DNA of 57,344 nucleotides. It comes from Collinsella sp. (lineage in GTDB: Bacteria; Actinomycetota; Coriobacteriia; Coriobacteriales; Coriobacteriaceae). The stretch lies in assembly GCA_019419405.1 (NCBI GenBank), contig DYAA01000106.1, forward strand, positions 1 through 57,344. Reading direction: 5' to 3'. The notes under the pieces were generated by a model. It made no database searches, had not been told where the DNA came from, and was given only the letters and a program-made list of their open reading frames with translations. Made by a program: the position numbers and the translations under genes. This document shows positions 43,540-51,681 of this stretch, one piece after another; position 1 is the stretch's first letter, and each line of letters begins with the position of its first letter.

Positions 43540-44463
43540 CTAGCAGGCGGCCATGATGGGGGCAGCGACCTGCTTCTTACGGGAGAGGACACCCGGCATC
43601 CAGACGCCGTCGTGCTCGTCGGCAATGCCCAGGCCCTTCTGAGCGGCCTCGGTCTCGCCCTCGAGCAGGACCTGCGAGCCCTCCTCCATGATGTCGGTGA
43701 TGCACAGGACAATGCCATCGGCACCCTTCTCGGCGGCGTAGGCGCGCATGGCCTCGCGAATCTCGTCGATCATGCCGAGCGCACGACTCTTGTCGACGGT
43801 CTCGTACTGGCCGATGAGCAGCTTCTTGCCGGCGGGCTCGAACATCTTGATGTCGTTGCCGACCATCTCGGCTGCGGTGAAGGAGCCGGACGGACGGGTG
43901 AGGAAGACCTCCATGCCAAACTTGACCGGGTCGACACCCACCTGCTCGCCGAGCTTGGCGGCGACAGCGCGGTCGACATCGGTGGTGGTGGGGCTCTTGA
44001 GCATGAGCGTGTCGGTCATCATGGCCGAGAGCAGCAGCTTGGCCTGGACGTCGGAAAGCTCAACGCCGAGCACGCCGGCGAGCTTGGTGACGATGGTGCA
44101 GCTGGAGCCCCAGGGCAGGCAGATGTAATGCAGCGGGCCGGCGGTCTCGAAGTCGCCGATGCGGTGATGATCGACAACGCCAAAGACCGTGGCGTCCTTA
44201 AGGCCGGCGACGGACTGGGCAGACTCGTTGTGGTCGGTGAGGACGACGAGCTGACCGGCCTCGACGGACTCGATCACGCGGGGCTCGGCGATGCCGGCGT
44301 CGGCGAGCAGCTTGGCGGACTCGGCCGGAAGCTGACCAAGGGCGCAGGCCTCGTAGGTGTTGCCGGCATACTCAACCTGGTTGAGCAGCTGGGACAGGAC
44401 GACGGCGCTCATGATGGCGTCGTTATCGGGGTTCTGGTGACCAAAGACAAGAACGTTTGCCAT
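43540..44463 (-). CDS. ppaC: Manganese-dependent inorganic pyrophosphatase (DHH family)
   Basis: FGHQNPD.DA, LTDHNE..QS, VDHHR, DTL.LKSPTTT, GVLSRKKQV. Confidence 0.95.
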   Translation of the reverse strand: MANVLVFGHQNPDNDAIMSAVVLSQLLNQVEYAGNTYEACALGQLPAESAKLLADAGIAEPRVIESVEAGQLVVLTDHNESAQSVAGLKDATVFGVVDHHRIGDFETAGPLHYICLPWGSSCTIVTKLAGVLGVELSDVQAKLLLSAMMTDTLMLKSPTTTDVDRAVAAKLGEQVGVDPVKFGMEVFLTRPSGSFTAAEMVGNDIKMFEPAGKKLLIGQYETVDKSRALGMIDEIREAMRAYAAEKGADGIVLCITDIMEEGSQVLLEGETEAAQKGLGIADEHDGVWMPGVLSRKKQVAAPIMAAC

Positions 44464-44585
44464 GGATATCCTCCACTTGATATGTGTACTTGGACGTAGC
44501 TATGGTAGCACGCCGATGCCGAGCCTTCGCAGACGGAAGGGCTACGGCATATTTTGGGGCAGGCATGGAGGCCAAGGCTGTCCCT

Positions 44586-44628
44586 TTTGCACCATGTTGG
44601 TGCAAAGTAACCTGGCCCCCTTGCACCA
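44586..44628. repeat. REP-like TGGTGCA/TGCACCA palindrome
   Basis: TTTGCACCA-tgt-TGGTGCAAAGTAACCTGGCCCCCTTGCACCA; a related doublet is at 54717-54781. Confidence 0.7.
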
Positions 44629-44629
44629 G

Positions 44630-45583
44630 CTATTTGCCGGCGGCGCGCAGGGCTACGTAAGCGGCACCGATGATGCCGGCGTCGTTGCCGAGCGAGGCGA
44701 CCTCAATGGGCGTCTCGCGCGAGGCGGAAAGCGCGTAGTGCTTAAAGTGCTCGCGGACCTTGTCGAGGTAGACGTCGGCCGAGGCGGAGGCGCCGCCGCC
44801 GATCAGGAACATCTCGGGGTCGACCACGTTGGCGATAAGCGCCAGAGCGCGACCGAGATAATCGGCCATGGTATCAGCCGCGGCCAGCGCAAGCTTGTCG
44901 CCCTCGCGGCAAGCTTGGAACACGTCCTTGGAATCGGAGGGGCCGGTGAGCTCGATGGGCTCGACGCCCGCCTTCTTGCATTCGGCAAGGTAGTTGCTCA
45001 CCACGCCAGTGGCGCTGGAATACTGCTCCAGGTGGCCATGGCCGCCACAGCCGCAGGTGCGCTCCTCGTCGGGATTCAGGCACATGTGGCCAATCTCGCC
45101 GCCGGCGCCCACAACGCCCGACACCACGTCGCCGTTGACGATAACGCCGCCGCCCACGCCGGTACCGATGGTGACCATCACCACGTTCTGCACGCCCTTG
45201 GCAGAGCCGAGCCAGGCCTCGCCCATGGCAGCAGCGTTGGCATCGTTCTCGTACTTAACGACCGCGTCGGGGCAGTGCTCCTGAATGGCGATCCTAAGCT
45301 CGGGCAGGTTAATGGCAATGTTGGCCTTGACCTTGGCATCGCCCGAGGCCGGGATGGGGCACGGAACGGCCAGGCCAATGCCAGCCACAAAGGCACGCGG
45401 AATCTGCGCCTTGGCGACCACCTGGTCGATCGCCTCGGTCACCGCGGCAAAGCCCGCAGCGTCAACGATGGGAGGCGTGGGTACGCTGGCCTTGGCAAGC
45501 AGGTTGCCGTCCTCATCGAACAGGCCCTCCTTAACCGAAGTGCCGCCGACGTCGATGCCGATGTAGTACTGCTTAGGTTCCAT
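44630..45583 (-). CDS. ROK-family sugar kinase (glucokinase-like)
   Basis: GIDVGGT, ENDANAAA.GE, TIGTGVGGG, GEIGH, CGCG..G.LE. Confidence 0.93.
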   Translation of the reverse strand: MEPKQYYIGIDVGGTSVKEGLFDEDGNLLAKASVPTPPIVDAAGFAAVTEAIDQVVAKAQIPRAFVAGIGLAVPCPIPASGDAKVKANIAINLPELRIAIQEHCPDAVVKYENDANAAAMGEAWLGSAKGVQNVVMVTIGTGVGGGVIVNGDVVSGVVGAGGEIGHMCLNPDEERTCGCGGHGHLEQYSSATGVVSNYLAECKKAGVEPIELTGPSDSKDVFQACREGDKLALAAADTMADYLGRALALIANVVDPEMFLIGGGASASADVYLDKVREHFKHYALSASRETPIEVASLGNDAGIIGAAYVALRAAGK

Positions 45584-45824
45584 GGGAGCCCACCTTTCTC
45601 GTTTAAACATTGCCTGTATGGTACCGCTCCTAAGACAAAAACCTGCCAAAAAGGGACAGGTTTGTTTTGGCAGGTTTTATCTGGGAAAATGCGAACGCCC
45701 GCTCATCAGCTCGCGCAAGGCCTTCGCCAAATATAAAGGCGCCGGAAGGCGGAGGCTCCCGGCGCCCGTGAAAGGGACTGAATTGTCTGGTGGGCCGAAC
45801 GGTCCGTCGCGGCGATAACGCCGA

Positions 45825-46148
45825 CTAGGCCGTGCGCGCCTGCAGCAGCTTGTGGACCTCGATGAGCTCCGTGGCCATGACGCGCATGGTCTCGGTGCCT
45901 GCCATCTGGTCCTCGGCATGCAGCAGAATCAGCGGGGCCTCGCCGTTACGCTCGCCATTGGCCTCCTTTTTAAGGAGCCCCATGTGAACATCGTGACCAC
46001 CGTTGTAAGCCTCGTCACCCTGCTTGATAAGCTCCTCGGCGGCGTCAAAATCGCCCTCCTTGGCCTTTTGCACGGCATTGATGTACATGCTCTTGGCGGT
46101 TCCGACGAAACTGATGATCTCAAAGCAGGTCATCTGCAGCTCGTTCAT
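45825..46148 (-). CDS. PTS lactose/cellobiose-family IIA component
   Basis: FEIIS.VGTAKS, ILLHAEDQM. GGAGG RBS before ATG 46148. Confidence 0.93.
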   Translation of the reverse strand: MNELQMTCFEIISFVGTAKSMYINAVQKAKEGDFDAAEELIKQGDEAYNGGHDVHMGLLKKEANGERNGEAPLILLHAEDQMAGTETMRVMATELIEVHKLLQARTA

Positions 46149-46166
46149 ATCCTCCATGCGCTGCAC

Positions 46167-46469
46167 CTAGCCCATCACGCTGACGCAGTGGTCGATGATG
46201 CCAGCAGCGTTCATGCGGCCGTAGTCGACCATGTTGATGACCTCAACCGGGAAGCGGCCAGCGGCCTCCTTCTCAAAATCGCCCTTGGTGTAGCCAATCT
46301 GCGGGCCGAGCAGCAAGATATCGCACTCGTCCAGGTGATCGTGAGCCTCGTTCATAGGACGGGCCTCGACCTCGATGTCCAGACCACGGCTTGCGACCTC
46401 GGACTGCATCTTCTGGACCAGCAGGCTCGTGGACATGCCGGCATTGCAGCAAAGCATGATCTTCTTCAT
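46167..46469 (-). CDS. PTS lactose/cellobiose-family IIB component
   Basis: IML.CNAGMSTSLLV, LLGPQ, DYG.MN. Confidence 0.94.
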   Translation of the reverse strand: MKKIMLCCNAGMSTSLLVQKMQSEVASRGLDIEVEARPMNEAHDHLDECDILLLGPQIGYTKGDFEKEAAGRFPVEVINMVDYGRMNAAGIIDHCVSVMG

Positions 46470-46622
46470 GGTTTCCTCCTTATAACTGCGCGGCGCGCAG
46501 ACGACAACTGGTTTTATTCCTTGCGGCTACTGTACCCACCCCCTGCGTCTTTACGCAGGGAGAGCCGCGAGCACCGGCACCGCGTACCGGCGCCCGCAAC
46601 AATGAAAGGGAAAACGAACCGT

Positions 46623-47975
46623 TTAGGCGTTCTGCTCGGCAAGGGCCTCCTGCTTGGCGATGGCCTTCTCGGAGATCCTCATAAAGGGCAGGTAGACAAC
46701 CATGCCGATGACAAGCTCGAGGGCCTGCCATACGCCGGCGCGCCAGTCAAAGCCCGTGGCAAGCAGGGCGTTAATGACGGGAGGCATGGTCCAAGGCACC
46801 TGGGCGATGCAGGGGCTGATGATGCCCGCGCAGGTCAGGCCATAGGTGATGCCGATGAACAGGTCGGGAAGAAGCACGAACGGAATCATGAGCGGCAGGT
46901 TGTACACGACGGGGTAACCGTAGATGACCGGCTCGTTGATGTTAAACAGGCCAGGAACGATAGCCATCTTGGCAACGGTCTTGGAAGCCTTGTTCTTAGA
47001 GAACAGGAAGGTATCGAGCAGGAGCATGAGGGTGCAGCCCGAGCCGCCGATAAGGGCGAAGCTGTTGACGATCTGCATGTTCATGTAGTGATCGGGCTGG
47101 ATGGTGCCGCCGGCGGCAAAGGTAGCCATGTTGTCGACGATGAGCATGGTCAGGATCGGCTCGACGGTAGCGCCAGAGATGGTGGACTGGTGAATGCCGA
47201 CGCAGAACAGCAGGTTCGCAAGAGTGTAGATGAGGATAACAGCCCACGGACCGGCGTTCATGATGCTCTTGAGCGGGTTGGAAATACACGTGGAGATGAT
47301 GGTGCACAGATCGGTGCCGGCAAACACGGCGAGCAGCGCTGCGGCAACTGCGAAGATCGAGAGGTTGAGCAGCATCGGGATCATGACGTTAAAGGAGTTG
47401 GAGACCGCGGGGGGCACACCCTCGCCCAGCTTTACTTTAAGCTTCTCGACGCCGGAAATCTTGATGAAGAGCGTGACGGAGAGCAGGGCGATGATAATAG
47501 CCGCGAACAGACCGTTGGTACCGGTGTTGGCAGTCGAAAGGGCGCCCGTGACCTCGGCAGAGGTGATCTTGTCGGTGAGCAGCGGACTCGTGGCGGCAAG
47601 CGTGGCGGTGATCTGCTGCGGCATCATGATAACGAAAGCAGAGATAGCGACGACCACGCAGGCAAGCGGGTTATCGAAGCGCTCGTTCTTAGCGAGGCTG
47701 TAGCCGATCAATCCGGCCAAGACAATGGCAGAGACGTTGAGGGTGCCCAGCGTAATTGCCGAACCCCAGGTCTGAAGATTGGCAAGACCCGCCGCATCGA
47801 GCGGGAACAGAGGGAACACGACGTTGTTAATAAGAACCGCGATACCCGCAAGGATATAGAGCGGCGTGATGGTTGCGAAGGCATCGCGCAGGGAACGCAG
47901 GTGAACCTGGTTTCCCACCTTCGCAGAGACCTCGGCAAATTTGTCGAGGAAGCTCTTTCCGTTTTCACTGGCCAT
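46623..47975 (-). CDS. PTS lactose/cellobiose-family IIC component
   Basis: LRDAF, GVPPAV..SF, GIH, IGGSG.TL, FNINEPVIYG.P. Confidence 0.94.
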   Translation of the reverse strand: MASENGKSFLDKFAEVSAKVGNQVHLRSLRDAFATITPLYILAGIAVLINNVVFPLFPLDAAGLANLQTWGSAITLGTLNVSAIVLAGLIGYSLAKNERFDNPLACVVVAISAFVIMMPQQITATLAATSPLLTDKITSAEVTGALSTANTGTNGLFAAIIIALLSVTLFIKISGVEKLKVKLGEGVPPAVSNSFNVMIPMLLNLSIFAVAAALLAVFAGTDLCTIISTCISNPLKSIMNAGPWAVILIYTLANLLFCVGIHQSTISGATVEPILTMLIVDNMATFAAGGTIQPDHYMNMQIVNSFALIGGSGCTLMLLLDTFLFSKNKASKTVAKMAIVPGLFNINEPVIYGYPVVYNLPLMIPFVLLPDLFIGITYGLTCAGIISPCIAQVPWTMPPVINALLATGFDWRAGVWQALELVIGMVVYLPFMRISEKAIAKQEALAEQNA

Positions 47976-48095
47976 GATTGCTCCTAACTATCAAATCCGG
48001 CCTTTTCCTATGCGCACGGTGGTCTGTCGCCCTTTGCCACCAGATGTGCCATGTTTTGCGCGCGGCGGCGCGCGGTCTGGGCGCTCGCCCGGTCG

Positions 48096-49496
48096 CTAGT
48101 CAACCACGTGGGTCGTTGCGACCTGCTTGAGCCAAGCTGCAGACTTCTTAAGGCGGCGCTTGTAGCCGTCCATGAGGTCGACCTCGACAAAGCCGTAACG
48201 GTTCTTAAAGGCATTAGCCCAAGACCAGTTATCGATGACGGCCCAATAATGGTATCCGCGGCATTTGGCGCCCTCGGCGATTGCCTTGGCAACCCACTCC
48301 AGGTGCTGGCGCACAAAGTCGACGCGGTAGTCGTCCTGAATGGTCCCTTCGGCGTCACGGTTCTTGTATTCGTCCATGATGCCGATACCGTTCTCGGATA
48401 CAAACCACTCAAGATCGGGGTAGTTCTTAGCGCAGTCCATGCCAAAGTCGTAGAGGCCCTGCGGGTAGATTTCCCAGCCGCGGCTCTCGTTCATAACGGC
48501 GTCGGGCCATACGTACTCGTCGGCAAAGTGCGGCAGACCGTACTGGTCGATCTTGCTCGCCGGAGCCTGAACGCGCGTGGGATGGTAGTAGTTACAACCG
48601 AGCCAGTCGACAACGCCCTGCTTGAGGATCTCTTGGTCGCCGGCACGGAACGGAAGTTTAACGCCGCCCTCGGCCAGGCTGTCGAGCACGTCGGCGGGAA
48701 GCTCGCCCTTGGTAATAAGGTCGAGCCACCAGCGATTGTTGATACCGCTGGTCATACGCACGGCCTCGAGGTCTGCCTCGCTGGGGTTCTCCTTGGTATA
48801 GACCGGGGTAAAGCAGTTGATCATGCCGATCTTGGCGTCGGCGCGAACGGCGCCCTCGTCATAGGCGCGGCGGTAGTTGGCCACAGCCAGCGCGTGCGCC
48901 AGCGAGATGTGATACTGCACGGTGCGGGCGCGGTTATAGTCATGGAGCTGCGGGTACCACACGCCCTCCTGATAGCGCTGCTCGGGCTCGACGATGGGCT
49001 CGTTAAAGGTGAACCAGTACTTGATCTCCTGGCCAAACTCGCGGAAGGCAACGTCGGCGTAATGAGCGTACGCCTCGACGACCTCACGGCTCTCCCAACC
49101 ACCACGGTCAAAGAGGTAGGTAGGCATGTCAAAGTGGTACAGGTTGACGAACGGCTCCAGGCCGGCCTCGCGAGAGGCACGGAACAGCTCGTGATACCAC
49201 GCGGCGCCCTCCTCATTGAGGTTGCCGTTAGCATCGAGCAGGCGACTCCACTGGATGGAGGTGCGGTAGGTATCCAGGCCCAAGTCCTTCAAAATGCGAA
49301 GGTCCTCCTGGTATTTAGCCATAAAGTCATTGCCAGCATAAGAGCCAACGCGGTTATAGAACGAATCCAGATCCTGGATGGACCAGGTATCCCACAGGTT
49401 CTCGAGCTTGCCGCCCTGGTTCCACTGACCCTCAGTCTGCGGGCCGGACATAGCGGCGCCAAAGAAGAAGTCACGGGGCAGCTGATACTGAGCCAT
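48096..49496 (-). CDS. Glycoside hydrolase family 1 (6-phospho-beta-glucosidase/mannosidase)
   Basis: GAA.SGPQTEG, RTSIQWSR, TFNEP (acid/base), SENG (nucleophile), DNWSWANAFKNRYG. Confidence 0.95.
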   Translation of the reverse strand: MAQYQLPRDFFFGAAMSGPQTEGQWNQGGKLENLWDTWSIQDLDSFYNRVGSYAGNDFMAKYQEDLRILKDLGLDTYRTSIQWSRLLDANGNLNEEGAAWYHELFRASREAGLEPFVNLYHFDMPTYLFDRGGWESREVVEAYAHYADVAFREFGQEIKYWFTFNEPIVEPEQRYQEGVWYPQLHDYNRARTVQYHISLAHALAVANYRRAYDEGAVRADAKIGMINCFTPVYTKENPSEADLEAVRMTSGINNRWWLDLITKGELPADVLDSLAEGGVKLPFRAGDQEILKQGVVDWLGCNYYHPTRVQAPASKIDQYGLPHFADEYVWPDAVMNESRGWEIYPQGLYDFGMDCAKNYPDLEWFVSENGIGIMDEYKNRDAEGTIQDDYRVDFVRQHLEWVAKAIAEGAKCRGYHYWAVIDNWSWANAFKNRYGFVEVDLMDGYKRRLKKSAAWLKQVATTHVVD

Positions 49497-49798
49497 CAAA
49501 GTCCTCGCTTTCGTGTCTAGAGCTTTCGGTTGGAGACGGGTTTGCTTTGACAAGTTATCCGGCGCGGGCGCGCACCGGTTATCCAGATATCCAGCCCGCC
49601 AAAACAAAACCGTCCCCAAACGGTCGGCCCTGCCGGCGGCAGGGTTCCGTTCGTTGCGTACAACTATAGCGCTCTAATTTCTAAAGTAAAGCGTCTTTTT
49701 GTTTTTTCTTTCTCGGACTTCTTATATAAAAGTAATATGGGTGCCTCGTTGGGGGTTATACTTACTTGCGTATTCTTATATGTCGGAAAGGAGGTTCC

Positions 49799-50518
49799 AT
49801 GATTCCCAAATACGAGGCGATAGCTGCAGATATCCGTCGAAGCATCGAGGATGGCGCTCTTAAACCGGGCGACAAGCTACCCACCGTCGTTGAGTTCTGT
49901 GAGCTCTATAGCGTTTCCAAAATCACCGTCAAACGAGCTATCGAGCAGATCACCGAAGAGGGTCTTGTTACCAGCCGGCGCGGATCGGGCACCTACGTTA
50001 AAGACACGGCGGGGCTTCCCGACAAGGCGTTTTTCCAGGGCAAGAACGACCGCGCCCAGGGCTTTTCGTATGAGCACCGCGGGGAGAAGGTAACCTCGGT
50101 GGTCTACGATTTCTCGATTGTCAATCCACCGGCAGAGGTTGCGACTCAGCTGGGAATTGCCGAGGATGACTTTGCCTATCACATCGTGCGCGTGCGCCAG
50201 GTCGACGAGAAGCCCATCGTTATCGAGTACACCTACATGCCCCTCGAGCTGATTCCGGGCCTTAAAAAGAAAGACCTGTATGGATCGGTCTACAGCTTCA
50301 TCCGCGAGCAATGCGGGCTGAAGATTTCGAGCTTCCACCGCACCATTCGCGCCGTAGCGGCAACCGAGGAAGAGGCTGAGCGCCTGGACACCAAACCCGG
50401 CTCTCCCCTGCTCGAGCTCAACCAGATTGGCTTTTTGGATAGCGGCACCGCCTTTGAGCATTCGATCTCGCGCAACGTTGGTGACCGCTTTGAGCTGCAC
50501 AACGTAACGTTGGCATAG
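49799..50518 (+). CDS. GntR-family (UTRA) regulator, GmuR-like
   Basis: KYE.IA..IR, LP...E.CE.YSVSKITVKRA, RRGSGTYV. AAAGGAGG RBS. Divergent from the GH1-PTS operon. Confidence 0.93.
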   Translation: MIPKYEAIAADIRRSIEDGALKPGDKLPTVVEFCELYSVSKITVKRAIEQITEEGLVTSRRGSGTYVKDTAGLPDKAFFQGKNDRAQGFSYEHRGEKVTSVVYDFSIVNPPAEVATQLGIAEDDFAYHIVRVRQVDEKPIVIEYTYMPLELIPGLKKKDLYGSVYSFIREQCGLKISSFHRTIRAVAATEEEAERLDTKPGSPLLELNQIGFLDSGTAFEHSISRNVGDRFELHNVTLA

Positions 50519-50585
50519 TTTTGTAGTCATGCGGGCGCTCGTTATGGCTCGTTTAGAGTGGGCAACCGCACAACACCATGGGGGT

Positions 50586-51524
50586 ATGAACATGTCCGAT
50601 TTGATTAAACTGACGCCGATCTTCCACGAGAAGATCTGGGGCGGCCGCCAGCTCGAAACCGTATTTGGTTACGACATTCCCGAGGGTCCCATCGGTGAGT
50701 GCTGGGCTATCTCGGCCCATCCCAACGGCGACTGCCAGATTGCGGAGGGCCCGTATGCCGGCCACACGCTGTCGTGGCTGTGGGCCGAGCACCGTGAGCT
50801 CTTTGGCAACTGCGAGGGCAAGGAGTTCCCGCTGCTCATTAAGATTCTGGACGCCAAGGACGACCTTTCGATCCAGATTCACCCCAACGACGAGTACGCT
50901 GCCGAGCACGAGAACGGCAGCCTGGGCAAGACCGAGTGCTGGTATGTGCTGGACTGCGAGCCCGGCGCCACGATCATCGTCGGACAGCGCGCCAAGGACC
51001 GCGCCGAGGCAGCACAGATGATCGAGGACGGCCGCTGGGACGAGATGCTCAACGTGCTGCCGATTCACAAGGGCGACTTTTTCCAGATTGACTCCGGTAC
51101 CGTGCACGCCATCAAGACCGGTACGCTCATTTTGGAGACGCAGCAGTCGAGCGATGTGACCTATCGCCTGTACGACTACGACCGCCCCGGCACCGACGGC
51201 AAGCTGCGCCCGCTGCATATTGAGCAGAGCCTCGACTGCATCGATTTTGATGTTCAGGCGCCGACCGACGGCACCGTGACCGCGCCCGAGGTCGACGGCG
51301 TGACCGAGCTCGAGTCCAATCCCTGCTACACCGTCGATCGTGTGCGTGTCGACGGCAGCAAGACCCTCGACCAGCGCTGGCCCTTCATGTGCCTGTCGGT
51401 CATCAACGGCGAAGGCACCGTCTGCGGCGACCCCGTCCACAAGGGAAGCCACCTGCTGGCCCCGAGCACCGTCAGCTCCATCGACCTCGAAGGCAAGATG
51501 GAACTGATTATTAGCCACCTGTAG
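50586..51524 (+). CDS. manA: Mannose-6-phosphate isomerase, class I
   Basis: EKIWGG, GECW.ISAH, FPLLIKILDA..DLS.Q.HP, GKTECWY, GTVHA, ETQQSSD.TYR.YDY.R. Confidence 0.95.
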   Translation: MNMSDLIKLTPIFHEKIWGGRQLETVFGYDIPEGPIGECWAISAHPNGDCQIAEGPYAGHTLSWLWAEHRELFGNCEGKEFPLLIKILDAKDDLSIQIHPNDEYAAEHENGSLGKTECWYVLDCEPGATIIVGQRAKDRAEAAQMIEDGRWDEMLNVLPIHKGDFFQIDSGTVHAIKTGTLILETQQSSDVTYRLYDYDRPGTDGKLRPLHIEQSLDCIDFDVQAPTDGTVTAPEVDGVTELESNPCYTVDRVRVDGSKTLDQRWPFMCLSVINGEGTVCGDPVHKGSHLLAPSTVSSIDLEGKMELIISHL

Positions 51525-51567
51525 GTCACTGGTACCCGAGTGCTCGCCGGGATGGGCGCGGGGTTTG

Positions 51568-51648
51568 ATCGCCTGCTCGGGCAGTCCTGCTCGCACGGAG
51601 AGCACATTAAGTGCTCTCCGTGCGAGCAGGACTGCCCGAGCAGGCGAT
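51568..51648. repeat. Perfect 38-bp-arm palindrome between convergent manA and pcrA
   Basis: ATCGCCTGCTCGGGCAGTCCTGCTCGCACGGAGAGCAC-attaa-exact reverse complement. Confidence 0.95.
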
Positions 51649-51681
51649 GTTGCCCCATACGCCCGCCCAGGTCCGCCGGGA

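Noticed and set aside
36623..47987. Very long plus-strand ORFs (36623-38842, 39418-40887, 42367-44499, 45852-47987) and similar ones elsewhere
   Set aside because: Antisense shadows of high-GC genes. The opposite strand carries clear family motifs.
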